Source of the DNA: Protoeuglena noctilucae
Taxonomy: Eukaryota
Reading direction: 5' to 3'
NCBI GenBank assembly: GCA_958009085.1
Contig: OY253677.1
Location: forward strand, 744,001-808,000
Length of the DNA stretch: 64,000 nt
The position numbers were made by a program, and so were the translations under genes. A model generated the notes under the pieces. That model was not told the origin of the DNA. It did no database searches and saw only the letters and a program-made list of their open reading frames with translations. Position 1 is the first letter of the stretch; each line of letters starts with the position of its first letter. Positions 1-13,305 of the stretch are shown piece after piece.

Positions 1-794
1 TCGGGACCCAGCTGCGTCTCCACGACCGTGAGCTTCCCGTTCACGGCGACGACCTTGGACTCGACCGGCCGCGGCTTGTCGTCGCGCAGGATGAGCGTCA
101 CCAGCCCGGGCGCATCATGACGCACTGCCGTTGCTAGCTGCGGGAAGGTGGCGCACTTGCCTGGTCTTACGCAAGCTCGGGCGCGCGAGCTCGTGACATC
201 AGCAAGCAAGAGCCGCGTTCTCTTGCCTCGGGAAGCAGCGCGGCAACCGAATCGCCCCCAGGCAAGGGGCATGCTCCATCCGCCGAGTAGCTCAGGCGCG
301 CCACGCCCCCGTTGAGCACATACTCATCCGTAATCTGGTCGAATTTGGACGCGCGGAGGCCGACGCCGCCACTGCCGCGGACGAGGCCCAAGAACCGCCC
401 CGAGCGGTGGCAGGGGCAGGCGCCGTGGAGCGAGCGTGCGCAGTGGGCAGTGTGGGTCCTCTCCACAAATCTCTCCGTTCCGCACCTGGGCTGCTAATGT
501 CTCGGGACGGAAGAGCTCGATGACGACGCGGCCGAAGGGCTTGCGGTCGACGGCGATGCTCAGCTCCACGCGCGGCGACACGGACGGGCCCTCTGCGGCC
601 AACCCGGGGCCGGAGAGGGGAGGCGCGAGGGAGGCGACGGACGCGGTGAGCAGTAAAACGCTCCTGCGCGAGGAGAGGGGAATTCGCGGGCCTGGCACGC
701 GGGAGGGCGGCGGGGCCAGCGGGACGGAGCTGTGTGCAGGGCCCGGCAGCGGCGCAGCGTCGCGCGGGAGGGGCGCCGCGCGAACGGAGGCCAT
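1..794 (-). CDS. Chloroplast cyclophilin-type peptidyl-prolyl isomerase, CYP26-2-like (3' end outside window; spliced)
   Basis: Transit-like N-terminus with SRRSVLL. Cyclophilin motifs VELSIAVDRKPFGRVVIELF and HDAPGLVTLILRDD...KVVAVNGKLTVVE lie in different frames separated by introns. Confidence 0.7.
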
Positions 795-1466
795 CCTGGA
801 AGCCAGCCGGGTCGCTAGATAAGCAAATGTGAGCTCAGATGGCCGCTGAGATAGCGCAGCCTCCTGTCTGACGGAGTTTAACCCGGCATTGCCGAATCCG
901 CGTCGCGAAACGCGAGTGGGCCGCCATGGAAGTTAGATATGGAGCTAATGGCGCCGCAGGTATTTCGCGGGGAGGGATCCGCTCACGCATTCGCGAGTTC
1001 CAGCGGGACGAAATCTCGGAGCGAGGGCGTCCCGCAAAACGTCGAGGGGCACCCGGCCTAGTCGAAAGGTGGCTGGTCTCGTTTGCGACTTTAAAGAGAA
1101 GGGAACGGGCATCGATAGGTCTGACACGGGGCCCGCATGGCATAGGATAGCCGGATTCCGCCCGTCGCGCGCGATTTCTCCGCGACAGACGGCCCCTCCG
1201 AGTCTCATGCAGGAGTTACGGATCCAACACGTGTCTTTGGGCTTCCGGAGGCCGTGGTCACGGCTCCAGGCGCACCAATGGAATGCTGAGGGGTTTGTCC
1301 AGGAGTTTGGCGGCCCCTGGGGAGGGTGCGCGGATCGCTGCACCGGCCCCTAGCTGCTAGTTGCATTCACGGTACCGGAGGGATCGGCCTCGGGGGCATC
1401 GTCCCATCCCCGGAACGGCACCAGGACGGGGGGCCCTCCCGTCGGCGGGGTGGGGGGCACCCGGGG

Positions 1467-3014
1467 ATGGATGTCGCTGCGGGACGCGTGTTCGAGGAGG
1501 CAGGACCGTCGCAAGGTGGGGCGGTGCCCTCAGCTCTGCAGACAGCCGTCAACGAATTGGGCGGCGCCCCCCGCGCACGTGGGCCTCGGGAAGGGCGGGA
1601 GTGCACAGTGATCGCTTCTGTGTCATAAATGAAAAGCGGCGTGCCCTTCCGTCTGGTTGTTGACCCTCTGGCGGCCGCACGCGGACGCCCGACTGTTCGC
1701 TTCCTGTTTGCAGAGGCCAGGGCGACCAGGGCCACCGCGGGCGTCTGCGGTGAGGGAACGGAGCAGCAGCCGACTTGTCGTGCCGCTGCTGCGCTCCGCC
1801 GCGGCCATCGGCAGCTCGCTGAGCCGCTGGGAGGTCGCCGTCGCGCCCGCAGTGTCTGGTACCAGCTTCGCCATCCTCCGGCTCGGCCAGCGATGTCCGC
1901 CGCCGCAGGACAGTCCCATATCCTCGGGTCAGGCCCGGGGCTCGTCGGGGTAAGCCACTCGCGTCTCACAGCGTCGGTTTTCAGATCCGAATTTGCGGTG
2001 CGGCACAGCATGCCGGCCTTCCCCCCGCGCAGGAGGCAGGCCGAGAGAGGCGGTGGCAGTGGAACGCCCGTCCGACGCCTGCACGTCTCCCTGAAACAGC
2101 TCATCCTCGCCAACCTCATTGAGCCCGGCCCCAGCGCCGTGGAGCTCCGCTACAAGGGCATGGCGTTCCCAGCCAGTCTCGAAAGAGACGGGAAGATCTC
2201 TTTCGAGGGCTCCAGTTTCGCTACCGCGAGCGCTTTCTCCATCCACGTGATCAGGTAGCTTAGGGGACCCAAGCTCACCGACCAGCGTGGCGCACAGCTT
2301 GTGGCATCCACCCGATGCCCATTTGCCCCGCCACACCCTCCGCAGGCGCTTCGAGCCTATCAAGCCGCGAGACGACGGGTGGAAGAGCGTATATCACAAG
2401 GGCAAGCAGCTGGACCACTATAAGCGGATCTTTGTCGGGTCTGGCGGGGCCCAGTGAGTGCGCGGATCCCATGCAAACATGTGGGATGAGTACTCTGGAG
2501 AGGCTCGAGACTGTTGGGCAAGCAGGCATGTCCATCGTGGGACGATGAAAGCAGTGAACGCAAGCGTTGGCGCAGGAAGGGCGAGGAGGCGACGGGCGGC
2601 ACGGCGCGGCGGGGGCGGCAGGCGCGGGCGAGCCAGGCGACGACGGCGCCCGAGGGATCGGCGAGGGGTCCGCAGCGAGGTCGAGAGGCCATCGCGCGGC
2701 CAGGCAGTGCGAGGCAGTCTTCGTCGAGCGGCGAAGAGGGCGACAAGTGGGTGCAGTGTGGTGAGGACGGCTCTGTGGTCGGGACGGCCGGTGCACACGC
2801 CCGTTGGTCGCGGGATGTTTGGGGGCCGTTGATGAGCTGGACTGACCAAACGCCATCGCTCTTCAACCCCGCAGATCGCTGCAAGCAGTGGCGCATCGTC
2901 CCCGACGCGCACTGGCCCCAAATTGAGAGTGCCGGGGACGCTGCCTGGTTCTGCGAGAGCGCGACGTGGGACGTGCGCACTACGCAGCCCAACACTCCGC
3001 CGTGCACCGAGTGA
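1467..3014 (+). CDS. RAMA-domain plus CW-type zinc finger protein (spliced; start uncertain)
   Basis: RAMA-like VSLKQLILANLIEPG..ELRYKG..ASLERDGKISFEG..FATASAF..DDGWKSVYHKGKQLDHYK. CW finger KWVQC/DRCKQWR..WFC..W..C ends at TGA 3014. Confidence 0.75.
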
Positions 3015-3125
3015 CTTGCACCGGTGCCGCGCCAGTTGGGCAGTCTCGCCGGTCATTTCCGTTGCCACGCATCCCACGACACGATTAGTGAGTTGAAGAT
3101 ACGTAGGGGCACGCGCGCGATCGCC

Positions 3126-4265
3126 ATGCACGCGGTGCGGCTCCCCGGACGGGGAGCGTGCACATGCGATCGGCTCGCGGCGCCCCCTGGCCGGGCTGTG
3201 CGTCCGCGCCGCACTGGGCATCCCTCCTCCGCTGAACGATGCGCGATCGTTCCGGCTGCGCTATTCGGTCGGCGCGAGGCTCTCGCCGCGGGCGTCACGG
3301 CCGGTCTGGTCGCTCTCCCTCGAGACGCAGCCGCGGCGCCCTCGTTCTACGACTTCAAAGCGTTCCGCTATGAGAAGGAGGAGAGCATGCGGCAGTTTGA
3401 GGGGAAAGTGCTCGTCGTGCTTAACGGTGCGCGACGGCACGCGGCTCGCACGACGCCGGCGCCCGTGGCTCGCACGCGACCTCCATCCGCCGGTTCCCGT
3501 CGCAGTGGCGTCGGAATGACCTCTGCAGCGCGTGAATTACCCTCAGCTCAGGATCCTTTACGACCGCTACCGCGAGTACGGCTTCGTGCCGGTCGCTTTC
3601 CCCTGCAACCAGTTCGGAGGGCAGGCGCCGGGCACGTCGCAGGAGGAGCGGGAGTTCGCGTGGAGCAAGTTCGGCATGGAGTTCCCCGTCTTCGACAAGA
3701 TCGAAGTCAACGGACCCGGCGCTCACCCGCTCTACCATTGGCTCCGTGAGCGCCAGCCATTCAGGCAAGCCCACTGGCTGCTTCAGACTACGCCCATCAT
3801 GGCCCCTGCAACGCCACGCAACACCCGTTGGCCCGTAGCTGCAACCTTTCTCTGTACACTATCGCAAGTGCCCCACAAGCAAACCACCTTCTGCCATCTC
3901 GCCCACTCCCCAGCCGTGTCTTGCGCCGTCACCGTCACACGTCACACGTCACGAACCCACGCCTCGCCCGCAGCGTGCCCTACTCCTCCCGGTCGGCCCC
4001 CCTCCCCAACCAAGCCGGGGGCGCCATCGAATGGAACTACGTCAAGTTCCTCGTCGACCGCAACGGGCAGCCCGTCAAGCGATACAAGCCGGCGTTCGAG
4101 CCACTGGACTTCGAAAACGACCTACGGCTGGTGCTGGCGGGGCACCCCCCCACTCCCCCAGAGTGCGCCTCCCACCCGGGCAGGATCGTCTGCCAGCTGT
4201 CGCAGTACGACGACCTACCGCCCAGGGTCACAGCAGGTGGTCTCGCATCATGCACATCACCCTGA
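3126..4265 (+). CDS. GPX: Selenocysteine-containing glutathione peroxidase, probably organelle-targeted
   Basis: Spliced product reads [13 protein letters not shown](TGA 3517-3519)[10 protein letters not shown]...[13 protein letters not shown]...[20 protein letters not shown]. The in-frame TGA falls at the catalytic position. Confidence 0.92.
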
Positions 4266-4476
4266 CCTGTCCCAGCGCGAGGTCACTGCGGGGCACTCAG
4301 GGTAGCACTATAAACAAGAAGCCACTCTCTGTTCGATCCGTCGCAGAGTAAGCGTCTCAAACTTCACGGATACCGACCCCCTGCACCTGACCTGCGCCAT
4401 CGGACGCCAATGTCACCGTCGCAGAGGTATCTGGACGTTCCCTAACTCTCTCCCTTATGATGTGGCGTTCCTGCCG

Positions 4477-4544
4477 CGAGGGCGGCGGCCCATGAGGCCC
4501 GGCGGGCAAACCACGCAATGGACCTGCCGGGCCGATTTACCTCG
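4477..4544 (+). promoter_or_regulatory. SECIS element (type II) in the GPX 3' UTR
   Basis: ATGA (4492-4495), 11-bp stem GGCCCGGCGGG/CCTGCCGGGCC, apical AAA (4508-4510) with CCA/TGG mini-stem, GA (4534-4535), lower helix CGAGG/CCTCG. Confidence 0.9.
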
Positions 4545-4698
4545 GAGCGCATGGCGTGTCGCGCGCAGTCCCTGAGCTCTCTGCGCGCGGCGTCGTCACC
4601 GCACCGGGCGCCGTACTGCCTTGCGTTGAAGGAATCGCCACAGCGGCACGAAGCGGCCACCAGGGTGCACGTGTACACTATAAGTGCGCTTGCTGTCG

Positions 4699-4703
4699 TG
4701 TAA
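4699..4703 (+). promoter_or_regulatory. Candidate chlorophyte-type poly(A) signal TGTAA for GPX
   Basis: TGTAA about 155 nt downstream of the SECIS. UGUAA is the established Chlamydomonas-type signal. Confidence 0.4.
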
Positions 4704-5009
4704 CGTCGCGGTCCTTCAAGCAGCCTCGAGGGGCGACGAGGACGACAGGCCGACGTCATCTGTAGCAGTGGGCGCGAGTGTGGCAACGTCGGCCTGCTAG
4801 GAAAGGTCAGCAAGCTAAGCTGGGATCGCTTGCCCGCCACCGCCAATAGTGGAGCAGAGCGCGTAAACGGGGGATGCGGGGATCGCGCGCCGTCGCAGGC
4901 CCTGGCCTTGGCCGGGCGCGACTGGCGAGGGGCAAGGCGCTCCAGCAAGCTGCAGCTGTTGTGCGGAGCGAGCAGCCCAGGGCGGCGACCCCGGCGATCG
5001 CGGGGCGAC

Positions 5010-8000
5010 TCAGAGCAGCGCGGCGGCGGCGACGGCGGCGGCCAGCGCCGCGCTGAGGGCGGCGGCCGGCGCGGCCGACTTGCGCGCGGCGGGCGTGGGC
5101 GTGGCGGCGACCGTCGCCTGGCACTCGGCGAGGGGCGTCGCGCACAGCGATGCGCTGATGACGTTGAAGGCCTCCCCGGTGGACACATTCCTGAGGTAGT
5201 AGGACGTGTAGCCCTTGGGGGCCGCGCTCGGCGCCGTGTACGGAAGCAGGTCCCTGCGACACAGGGGGCGCACGAGACGTGTGATGACAAGCGTGGAGCA
5301 GGAGCGTTTTACGGTGTCCGATGCATGTGAGCGTGCAGCGTGGCGCAGCGGCGGACGGCGCGCGTCGCAGGCGGGGCGTCGGTGCTCGTTGCTCGGCTCA
5401 CTTCATGACGCGCTCCGGGTGGGGGATCTCCGACTCGAACCAGTCCAGGCCGACGCTGTACTTGGCGTAGGTCTTGTCGTACCGCAATACGGTGCCGTTG
5501 GCCAGGAACTTGAGCGAGGACTGAAGGGACGCCGCGTTGTCCACCTGGCACCCGCTCGACGCCGACAGGCAGTAGGCCGCCTGGAAGGCAGCCATGTCTG
5601 CGGGGTGCGGACCGGATGGCGACCTGTCTCGCAGCATGGGATGGGCAAGGAAAGGACTGCATAGTTTTGGTTGGAGGGTCGATAGTTGCGAGCACCAGAC
5701 CGGATGCAGGATGCTGGCCGCCCAGGCCGGTGTTCGCAGTCCGGCTCACCGTAGGTGGACGGGTCGACCGCGTACGTCTCGTCGACGATCACGTCGGCGC
5801 CCCAGCTCTGCAGGTCCTTGAGCAGCGCGGCCGCAGCGGTCTTCTGGCTCGCGGCGTCCGTGTAAGTGTACTGCACGTCCCCAGAGGAGGACACGGTGCC
5901 ACTGGGGAAGGAGGACGTCGTGGGGAAGACGCCGGCTGCGAGCGGGGAGGGACATGGAGCACGAGTGAACGGAGGGAGTGCGGCGGATGGGAACGACAGT
6001 GGAAGTTTCCACCTCGGACAGGAGAGTGAGCGAGCTGTGGGGCGCCCAGCCTCGGCTGCCAGGGCGAGCGAGCGCGAGCGTCGTCATATCACATGGCCCT
6101 GGTCCAGCGCGACTGGCGTCGTGCGACTTGAGCATACATACATGCATACGAACATACACACGGATACCCGCGTGCACTCACCGGCGTCCTCGACGTGGGC
6201 CTTCTTGTAGGCAGCCATTGACACGACGTACATGGCGGGCGTGGTGCCGTAGCCGAGGACCTGCGAGACCCAGGCGACGCGCTTGAGGGTCGCGCCCTGG
6301 GTGGCCTGGGCGGCGGCGGCCTTGTCGCTGTTGTAGTCGGTGGAGATGGTGTTGAAGTACGAGTTGGCCACCGTCTCGAGGTTGAAGAACGTCGACAGCA
6401 TCTTGACCCACTCGGCGCGGTTCAGGGGGCCTGAGACGCACCAGAGAGAGGAAGAGTTGACGGCAGGGGCCGACAGGGGCTCGCGGAGGAGTAGAGAGGG
6501 CGTCATGTGCCGCAGTGACACGCTCAGCCCATCCCGCTACCCATACAGCCACGGGCACGTGGAGTGGAACTGCGTTTCGACTCGGCGCCAGCGCGAGCCT
6601 CACCGGGGTCGTCCGTGGCGACGAAGGCAGCCTGCTTGGCGTTAGAGTTGTCGAAGCTCCAGTTGAGCACGACGTCGACGGCGGCCGTCTGAGCGGCCGT
6701 GACCTTGGTCTCTGCCGTCGTGCTGGGGTAGGCGTTGAAGGTGGGGGGCAGGCCCTGGGCGGTGCAGGAGCCGTTCTTGCTGTAAAGCTGCGGGGGGGGC
6801 ATGGGCGAGGCACGGGGTTGCTGAGGTGGTATCCCAAGAGCCATCGCGGGAGCGGAGGCACGCAAATGAGGAGGGCGCGTCAAGGACCACAGCGGGCGCG
6901 TTGCTTAATTGCTGACCCTTCTTGACCGATTAAATGGCATGACCCAAGCAGCCTCAGCGGAGCGTAGTTCAAAACCACAGCGAGGGACTGCGCCTCACCT
7001 CGAGGGCTTGCTGGAAGCACGGGGAGACCGTGTAGTTGCTGAAGTACTTGACGGCGTTGGCCTTGCCGAGGGCGTCGACCAGGAAGCTGATGGACACGGT
7101 CTCGGCCGCAGCCACGGACTGGATAGGGACCTGGAAGGTCTTCTGCGTGATGTCGCCCGAGTAGCTCGGGATCTGCTGCTTGATCAGGTTGAGGCCCTCC
7201 TGCTTGGCGGAGGCCAGGTCCGATGCGGAGGGGGCCTGCGAGCCGCACAGCCACTGCGGGACGCGGAGCCAGGGCGCAGTTCGCATCGAGGCGGACGTTG
7301 AGCGGTGTTGCAGGAGGGCCAATCGCGCCTCCGGCAACGCGAGTCTCCGATCAACGCACAGCTTTGCAGTGACTCCAGGTGCAAGTGCCACGGACGTGCC
7401 CTGCATTGTGGCACAGGGCGGGATATCGCCAAGCAATGCTCACCAAAATGTACTGCTCGTAGTTGCTGCCGTACAGCTTCGTGTTGGGGTCAAAGACGGT
7501 GACGACCTTGTAATACTTGTGGTAAGACACGGAGAAGCGCTGCGCTGCGGTGACCTGCGGGCGCACGGGGTCGCGGGGGACGTTCACATTCGAGGCATCA
7601 TGCCGGCCTGGATGCGCGCGTTCGGGGCCCCTAGGCAACGCATTGGTCTATGGATGCGTCAAAGTAAACGGTAAGACGCCGCAAGTCACGCCAAAGCTGC
7701 GCTGAGCGACTCCTAGCCACGCCCGCGACGGGTGGCCTCCGGGTGGCGGCTCAACCACCCCGCGGGCGCCGTCGAGACGCACCCCCGCGTCCGTCTGAGC
7801 ACGGCTACCGCAACGATCGATAAAGAAGCTTCCGTGATCAACGGCATCGCTCGCATAGAGCCCCACAGACGCCGCGCGCGCGTCCCGAGTGCGCGTCGGA
7901 AAAACGCCGCTATCCGCCTCCTCCGTGATCGAGCTGGCTCGTGACTTTCCACATGCCTTGTGTTATGCTAAAGGGACATCAGGACCCCTCCAGACGTCGC

Positions 8001-8224
8001 CGACAAGCTCTAGCACCCCGACTCTCAGATGATGCGCGTTCCCGCCTATTTGCCCCCTGCCATGGCACCTGGGTCCCCTCAGGGTAGCCGCTGAGGACGT
8101 TCGGGTTGTCGAAGTAATCGGTGCTCGAGTCCCACGACGACAGGCACCCGTTGCTAAGCGTGGCAGCCCTCGCGAGGCCCGCCAGCGCGGCCAGCGCCGC
8201 GATCGCAGCCGTTGCGGCCCACAT
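5010..8224 (-). CDS. CBA1: CBA1-like cobalamin acquisition / periplasmic-binding-fold protein; signal peptide and probable C-terminal GPI or membrane anchor; multi-exon
   Basis: Signal peptide MWAATAAIAALAALAGLARA, GCLSSWDSSTDYF, FSVSYHKYYKVVTV, SPC, GPLNRAEWVKMLSTFFNLE..AN..F, DWFES, and a hydrophobic tail AAALSAALAAAVAAAALL. Confidence 0.72.
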
Positions 8225-8422
8225 GGTAATCCCAAGCCACACTTCGACGACAAGGACGCCGACTGGACCAGGAAATGGGCAGAGAGCGGCGCGCGAATCG
8301 CGGCTGGAGACGCTACCAGCGCCCCCACTGGCACCTGACGAAGCCCGCACGCAGAGGCGGGCGCGGGCGCTGAATGTGAGCAAAATCGCACGAAAGGAAA
8401 CACAAAAGGCAGCGTCCGCGCG

Positions 8423-10241
8423 TCACTTGGCGTCCCCCGCGATGCGATCCACCAGCGCACGCGCCTCGGGGGGGGCAAAGTACCTGGCCTGGATGAACAG
8501 GCGCTGCGCCTCGCCCTGCGACGCGACAAGTAGAACGGTTAGGGTAAAGCCAAGCGCACTATCAACTGCGTGTTTGTCACAAACACATCACACGTCCTCC
8601 TCAAGCAACCCACTCGCCTTGGCCCCGGTGTCTCGCAAAAGCACCGCCTTGGCGAGGTACCCCCGGAAGTCATCCGGCGCCACGCGCACGATCTCGTCGT
8701 ACACCGCCGCGGCGTCGCCCGTGTGCCCGCGCCACTGCGAGTAGACCTTGCCCAGCAGCAGGCGCGCCTCGACGGGCCCCACGCGCCCCTCACGCCCCAC
8801 CTCCGCCTTGACCACCTGCACCGCCTCCGCCTCCCGCCCCGCCCGCACCAGCGCCCCCGCCAGGCCCTGCAGCTGCTCCAGCCCCGCCTGATCCCCGGAG
8901 ACCTGAATTGACTTGCGATACGCGTCTGCTGCTTCGGGGTACTTGGCTTGGAACGCACGCACCTCCCCCAGCAGCCGCCACACGTCTGCGGGCACGCGCG
9001 GCATATCCGCTGGCGACACGGGCGACACGCAGGTGCACGCCGGCGCAGCGGGTCGGCGCTAGCCAAGGCTGTGAGTTGTGTGAGCCGTGTGCGTGTGCAT
9101 CGCATGTGTTGGTACCTGGGTCCCCGCCGTTGATCTTCGTCAAGGCCACGAGGCGCTCCTCGGCGTCCGCGTAACGACCCAGCTCCCCGTACATGACCGC
9201 CAGACCCTCCAGGGCCTCTGCATCCACAGCACACAGACGACCAAAGCGTGTCGTGAAGGCACGACAAATGCGGTTCCCCCAGCCCGGCCGGCTTGCTTCT
9301 CACCAGCATCGTCCGACTTCGCAGCGAGACGCGTCTCGAACTCCGCCGCGGCCTTTTCCCTCTGAGAGCGCTCCTCCGTGGTCAACAGCACCGTGGGTCC
9401 CTGGGCTGGCGTTGTCGAGGGCCCGCTGTACGAGGAGTCATCCGAGCTCGTGGCGAGGAGGATGCCCGCGAGAATCAGCGCCACTACCGCGCCGCTAATC
9501 TGCGCGGAGTTCCTCTGCGCCGGCGCGGCAGCGGGCGACGGCGATGGCGACGCCGCACTGCGGACCGAGCCTAGCGCCTGGGCCTGCGGTCCAAAGTGGG
9601 ACGATGCGGCTGCCATGAGATGTAAACGGGTATCAGATTGCGGGGCACGCACAGAACGCGGTGGGGAGCGCGGCGCCGCGGCTGCCGTGAGTGGATTAAC
9701 TTCCGCTCAGTTGCCCGTCGCTGGGTGCAGCGAAACCCTCCGCCGCTCTCACCATGGACGGCGGGTTGCTGTAATCGATCTCAGCAGCCAGCACGCCTCT
9801 GGAAGCCTCCTCCTGTGCCTCTTTAGCTGCGCGACCGGCGTCGGCTACGGCACGCAGCCGCTCCTCGAAGCGCGCCTCCTCGAGCGGGTTCGGCGCCGGC
9901 GCGTCGTTGGAACTCGACGGAGCTGACGTCTGCGCAAATATCGGAGCCAATGGTCCCTCCAGCGAGGCGCTCCGGCGGGCACCGCCTGTTGCACCGCTCA
10001 GCGGACGCACCAGCGCCAGCCGCGCATCGCTCGGCGGCCCATCTTGAGGGATGACCGGACGTTGCGTGCTGATCCTCTTCGCGCGCTTGGCAGCCTTGGA
10101 AGCCTTCTCCCCATCGCCTCCGTCGGGTGCCCGTGCCTTGAGTTTGTTGGGGTTGCCGAAGCCCGTGCCGCTGCTGCCCTGCGATTTGCTGGCGCTAACG
10201 CTCACCGCCCTGGGAGCTAGCCGGCTCCCCGTGGCGAACAT
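8423..10241 (-). CDS. Chloroplast membrane TPR-repeat protein (spliced)
   Basis: Transit peptide, one TM segment (ISGAVVALILAGILL), TPR motifs, and C-terminal YDEIVRVAPDDFRGYLAKAVLL..GEAQRLFIQARYFAP as in green-lineage TPR proteins. Confidence 0.8.
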
Positions 10242-10434
10242 GGCGACGCACGCGGGCAAGTCAAATGCAAAAGCGGTCGTTCACAATGCCGCGTTTGCGG
10301 AGTTACGAGTCCCTAGCAGATTGCAAGAGGTCAGAGAGGCTTTGGCCAAAATTAGGGGGGAAGATCGGGCAGGCGTCTGGCACCAGAGCAAACGTGCTCT
10401 GTGCGTACCGCGTGGCCGTGCTCTCCATCGCGCG

Positions 10435-12053
10435 TCAGTCACTCTCGCCAAACAAATTGCAACCCCTCCATCCCTCGACCTCCTCCCAGCTGCCCACCGG
10501 CATCGGCACCTCGTCCGACCGAACCCCCTGCAGCCTGAGCGGCAGCGGCTCGCCCATGCCGTGCTCGGCCCACACCTCCTGCGCCGCCCTGTGCAGCTCC
10601 ACGTGCCTGCCGACCAGCAGCGTCATGTCGTCATCGTACCCGCCGCCCACGAGGCCAGCCACCGGGACCCCATGCGCCACCAGCGTGTCGAGCACCATCA
10701 TCTCGCGCCGACAAATGCCCCCGTCCGTCACCGCAAGCCGACCGAGCACGTCGTCGCGGTGCACGTCCACCCCGGCGTCGTACAACACCAAATCCGGTCC
10801 GAACGCCCGCACCGCCCCCAGCGCATCGGCTATGGCGGCTAAGTACTCGTCGTCGCCAGCGCCGTCCGGCAGGGCGATGTCTACGCTGCTCTTCATCTGT
10901 GGCGGAAAAGCGTCAACTGCGCTTGGGTGAACGCTGTTCATACGGTGGTCGACATCACCACGCGCCGCCTGCCACCTGCCGCACCTTCCTGGCCGGGTAG
11001 TTGTTGGCCGCATGGACCGACACGGTCAGCACGTCCGGGTCCTGACTCAGGATGGCCGCCGTGCCGTCCCCCTGGTGCACATCCGCATCGAGGATGGCCA
11101 CCCTTTGCGCCTCCCCCGACTGCTGCAGCGCCCTCGTCGTCACCGCCAGGTCATTCACCAGACTGCGCGTCGACAGAAAGTGATACACCACTCCCTCGAT
11201 CATTACGTCGCAAGCGCACGCGGCTGCGCACGCGGCTGCATGTTGCTGCCACATGCGACGTGGCTGCTGCCGAGGCACGACGCACCAGTACCCAGCACCC
11301 GTGTCATATGCCGCGTGGTGCGTGCCCCCGGCCGTGTTGCAGGCCAGGCCGTACCGCAGGGCCAGCCGCGCTGTGAGGAGCGTCCCCGCCACTTCTGCAT
11401 GAAGCACCCAGGGGGGTGTGCATTCCTTGGATACGCACTCATGGCTTCAGTGGCATGCAGGAGCCGAGGCGTGCACGCACCTGCCAGGGTGCGGTCGACG
11501 AGAAGCGGAGAGGACGTCTCCTCGTAAAAGCCGATACGACGGACGATGTCGGGAGGGAGACACCGATCGAGTAGCCCATCGATGTAGTGAGGAGCGTGAG
11601 CCAGCACCAGCACCTCGCGTGAGGGCAGGTCCGCAGGCACGAACGTGTTGTCCTCCAGGGCGATGCGCTCTGCTGCCAGTTACTTGAAAATTTGGCCGAA
11701 GACTTGCATCGGGAAACGGTGAGGGCGGCCGCCTGGGGCACGGAGCCGCGGCGCACTGTACGCCGGGTGGTAAACGATCGGCACAGACGGGATAACGTGG
11801 TCTGGAGGCATGGAAGGGGCAAGGTAAGGCGTGGGGCGTGAGACGTAGTAGCAAGAGAGCGGCGTGAGCTGTGGGCCAGCTGAGCTCCGTCCTGAGCGCC
11901 AAGAGACAGGCAGCCGCGAAACAGACCTGAGCCCAGCACGTGCTTCCGAGAGCTCTGCTCGGAGGTCGAGCGACCATGGCTGGAAGAGTTGGCGACGCTG
12001 CGGAGGGGGGTCCACAACGCAGCAGCTCGCGAGAGCATGCGTGCCGAGCGCAT
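10435..12053 (-). CDS. Histone deacetylase superfamily protein (class IV / bacterial-like, likely organellar)
   Basis: HRFPM, GGTHHA, NDLAV, ILDADVHQGDGTA, LYDAGVD..DDVLGRL and GGGY motifs across exons. Confidence 0.88.
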
Positions 12054-12299
12054 GGAGGAGGGCCGTGGCATCGGGCGGGACCCGCGGATGCTCCGGCACC
12101 GCAGTCCCGCCGTGAGAGTCAAGCGGCGGTGCCGCGTCTCGGATCCCACTTGAAGCGAGCCATCCAACTGGCAACTGAGGGTTTCCCCTTCGTCGCTTGC
12201 TGCCAGCGATTCATGGATCCGGTGGCCGTTGTGAAGACGCAGTCCTGAGCTCTGACAGGGTGCCAGGGCAGGGCCCGCCCGCGCCGAGATGGCGCCGTG

Positions 12300-13194
12300 A
12301 TGGCGGGGGGCGAGGTCTACGCGCGTCTCCCCGCGCCTCGCCCCCCTGAGAACCCCGGAGGCATTCCCGGTCTTCTCCTGTACAAGCAGCTACTGGACGT
12401 GAGACGTCGGCGTGGCGGCGCGATGCGCAGCCTCCGCCGCGCTCGCCTGCACCCTTTTGCACGCCGATTGTCGTCATGCAGGACATCGAGGCCGAGTCCT
12501 TCCTGTCGGACCTCGTGGACGGCAAGTGGACTTCCGAAAACGCGAACCAAGCCATCCACTACGGCCCCTTGCCACCCTGGGCCCACGAGCTGGCCATGCG
12601 GCTCCCTCTGGGATGCCTTCCGCCTTACGTTCTCGACAGGACGCCCCTCTTCGACCAACTGATCGTCAACACGTACTTGCCGGGACAGGGCATCGCGAGC
12701 CACGTGGACCTGGGCAAGTTTGAGGTGAGTTGCTGAGAGAACGCGAGCAGGGCGCACGTACGCCTGACGGCAGGCCCACCTGCTCACCCTGCCTGTCTCT
12801 GCAGGACGGCATTGCGGTCTTCAGTTTCGGGTCGAGCGCCGTGATGGACTTCGCCCCCGCTGCGCCCGGTCCCAACCGCAGCCTTGGGGCGGACGTGGCG
12901 GGGACACCGACGCGCACCTTGCAGGACGCAGCAGGCGTGTCGTGGGTTGCAGACGCGCTGCGGCAGTCGCTGGAGGTCCTTTTGGAGCCGGGAGACCTCT
13001 TGGTGCTCCATGGCGAGGCGAGGTATTGCTGGACGCACGGTATCCAAGCGAGGATGGAGGACGTTTTTGGAGGAGTGCGGCGGCAGCGTGGCACGCGGGT
13101 GTCGGTCACGCTGAGGCGAATGGTCGGAGCCGCGCGAGAGACCGGCAGCGAAGAGCATGGCGCCCCACGTACGCTGGAGTCGGTGCGGCTGTAG
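12300..13194 (+). CDS. AlkB-family 2OG-Fe(II) dioxygenase (ALKBH8-like)
   Basis: FDQLIVNTYLPGQGIASHVD (HxD), GEARYCWTHGI (H), RVSVTLR. Two introns. Confidence 0.87.
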
Positions 13195-13305
13195 TAGGTG
13201 GGGTTGGCTATGTTGTTGATAGAATTGTGTCGCGTCATCTAGAAGATAGTGAGTGACAACTCCATGAACCTCGACCCTCTCGACAAGCCTACCACTCTCG
13301 GTGCG

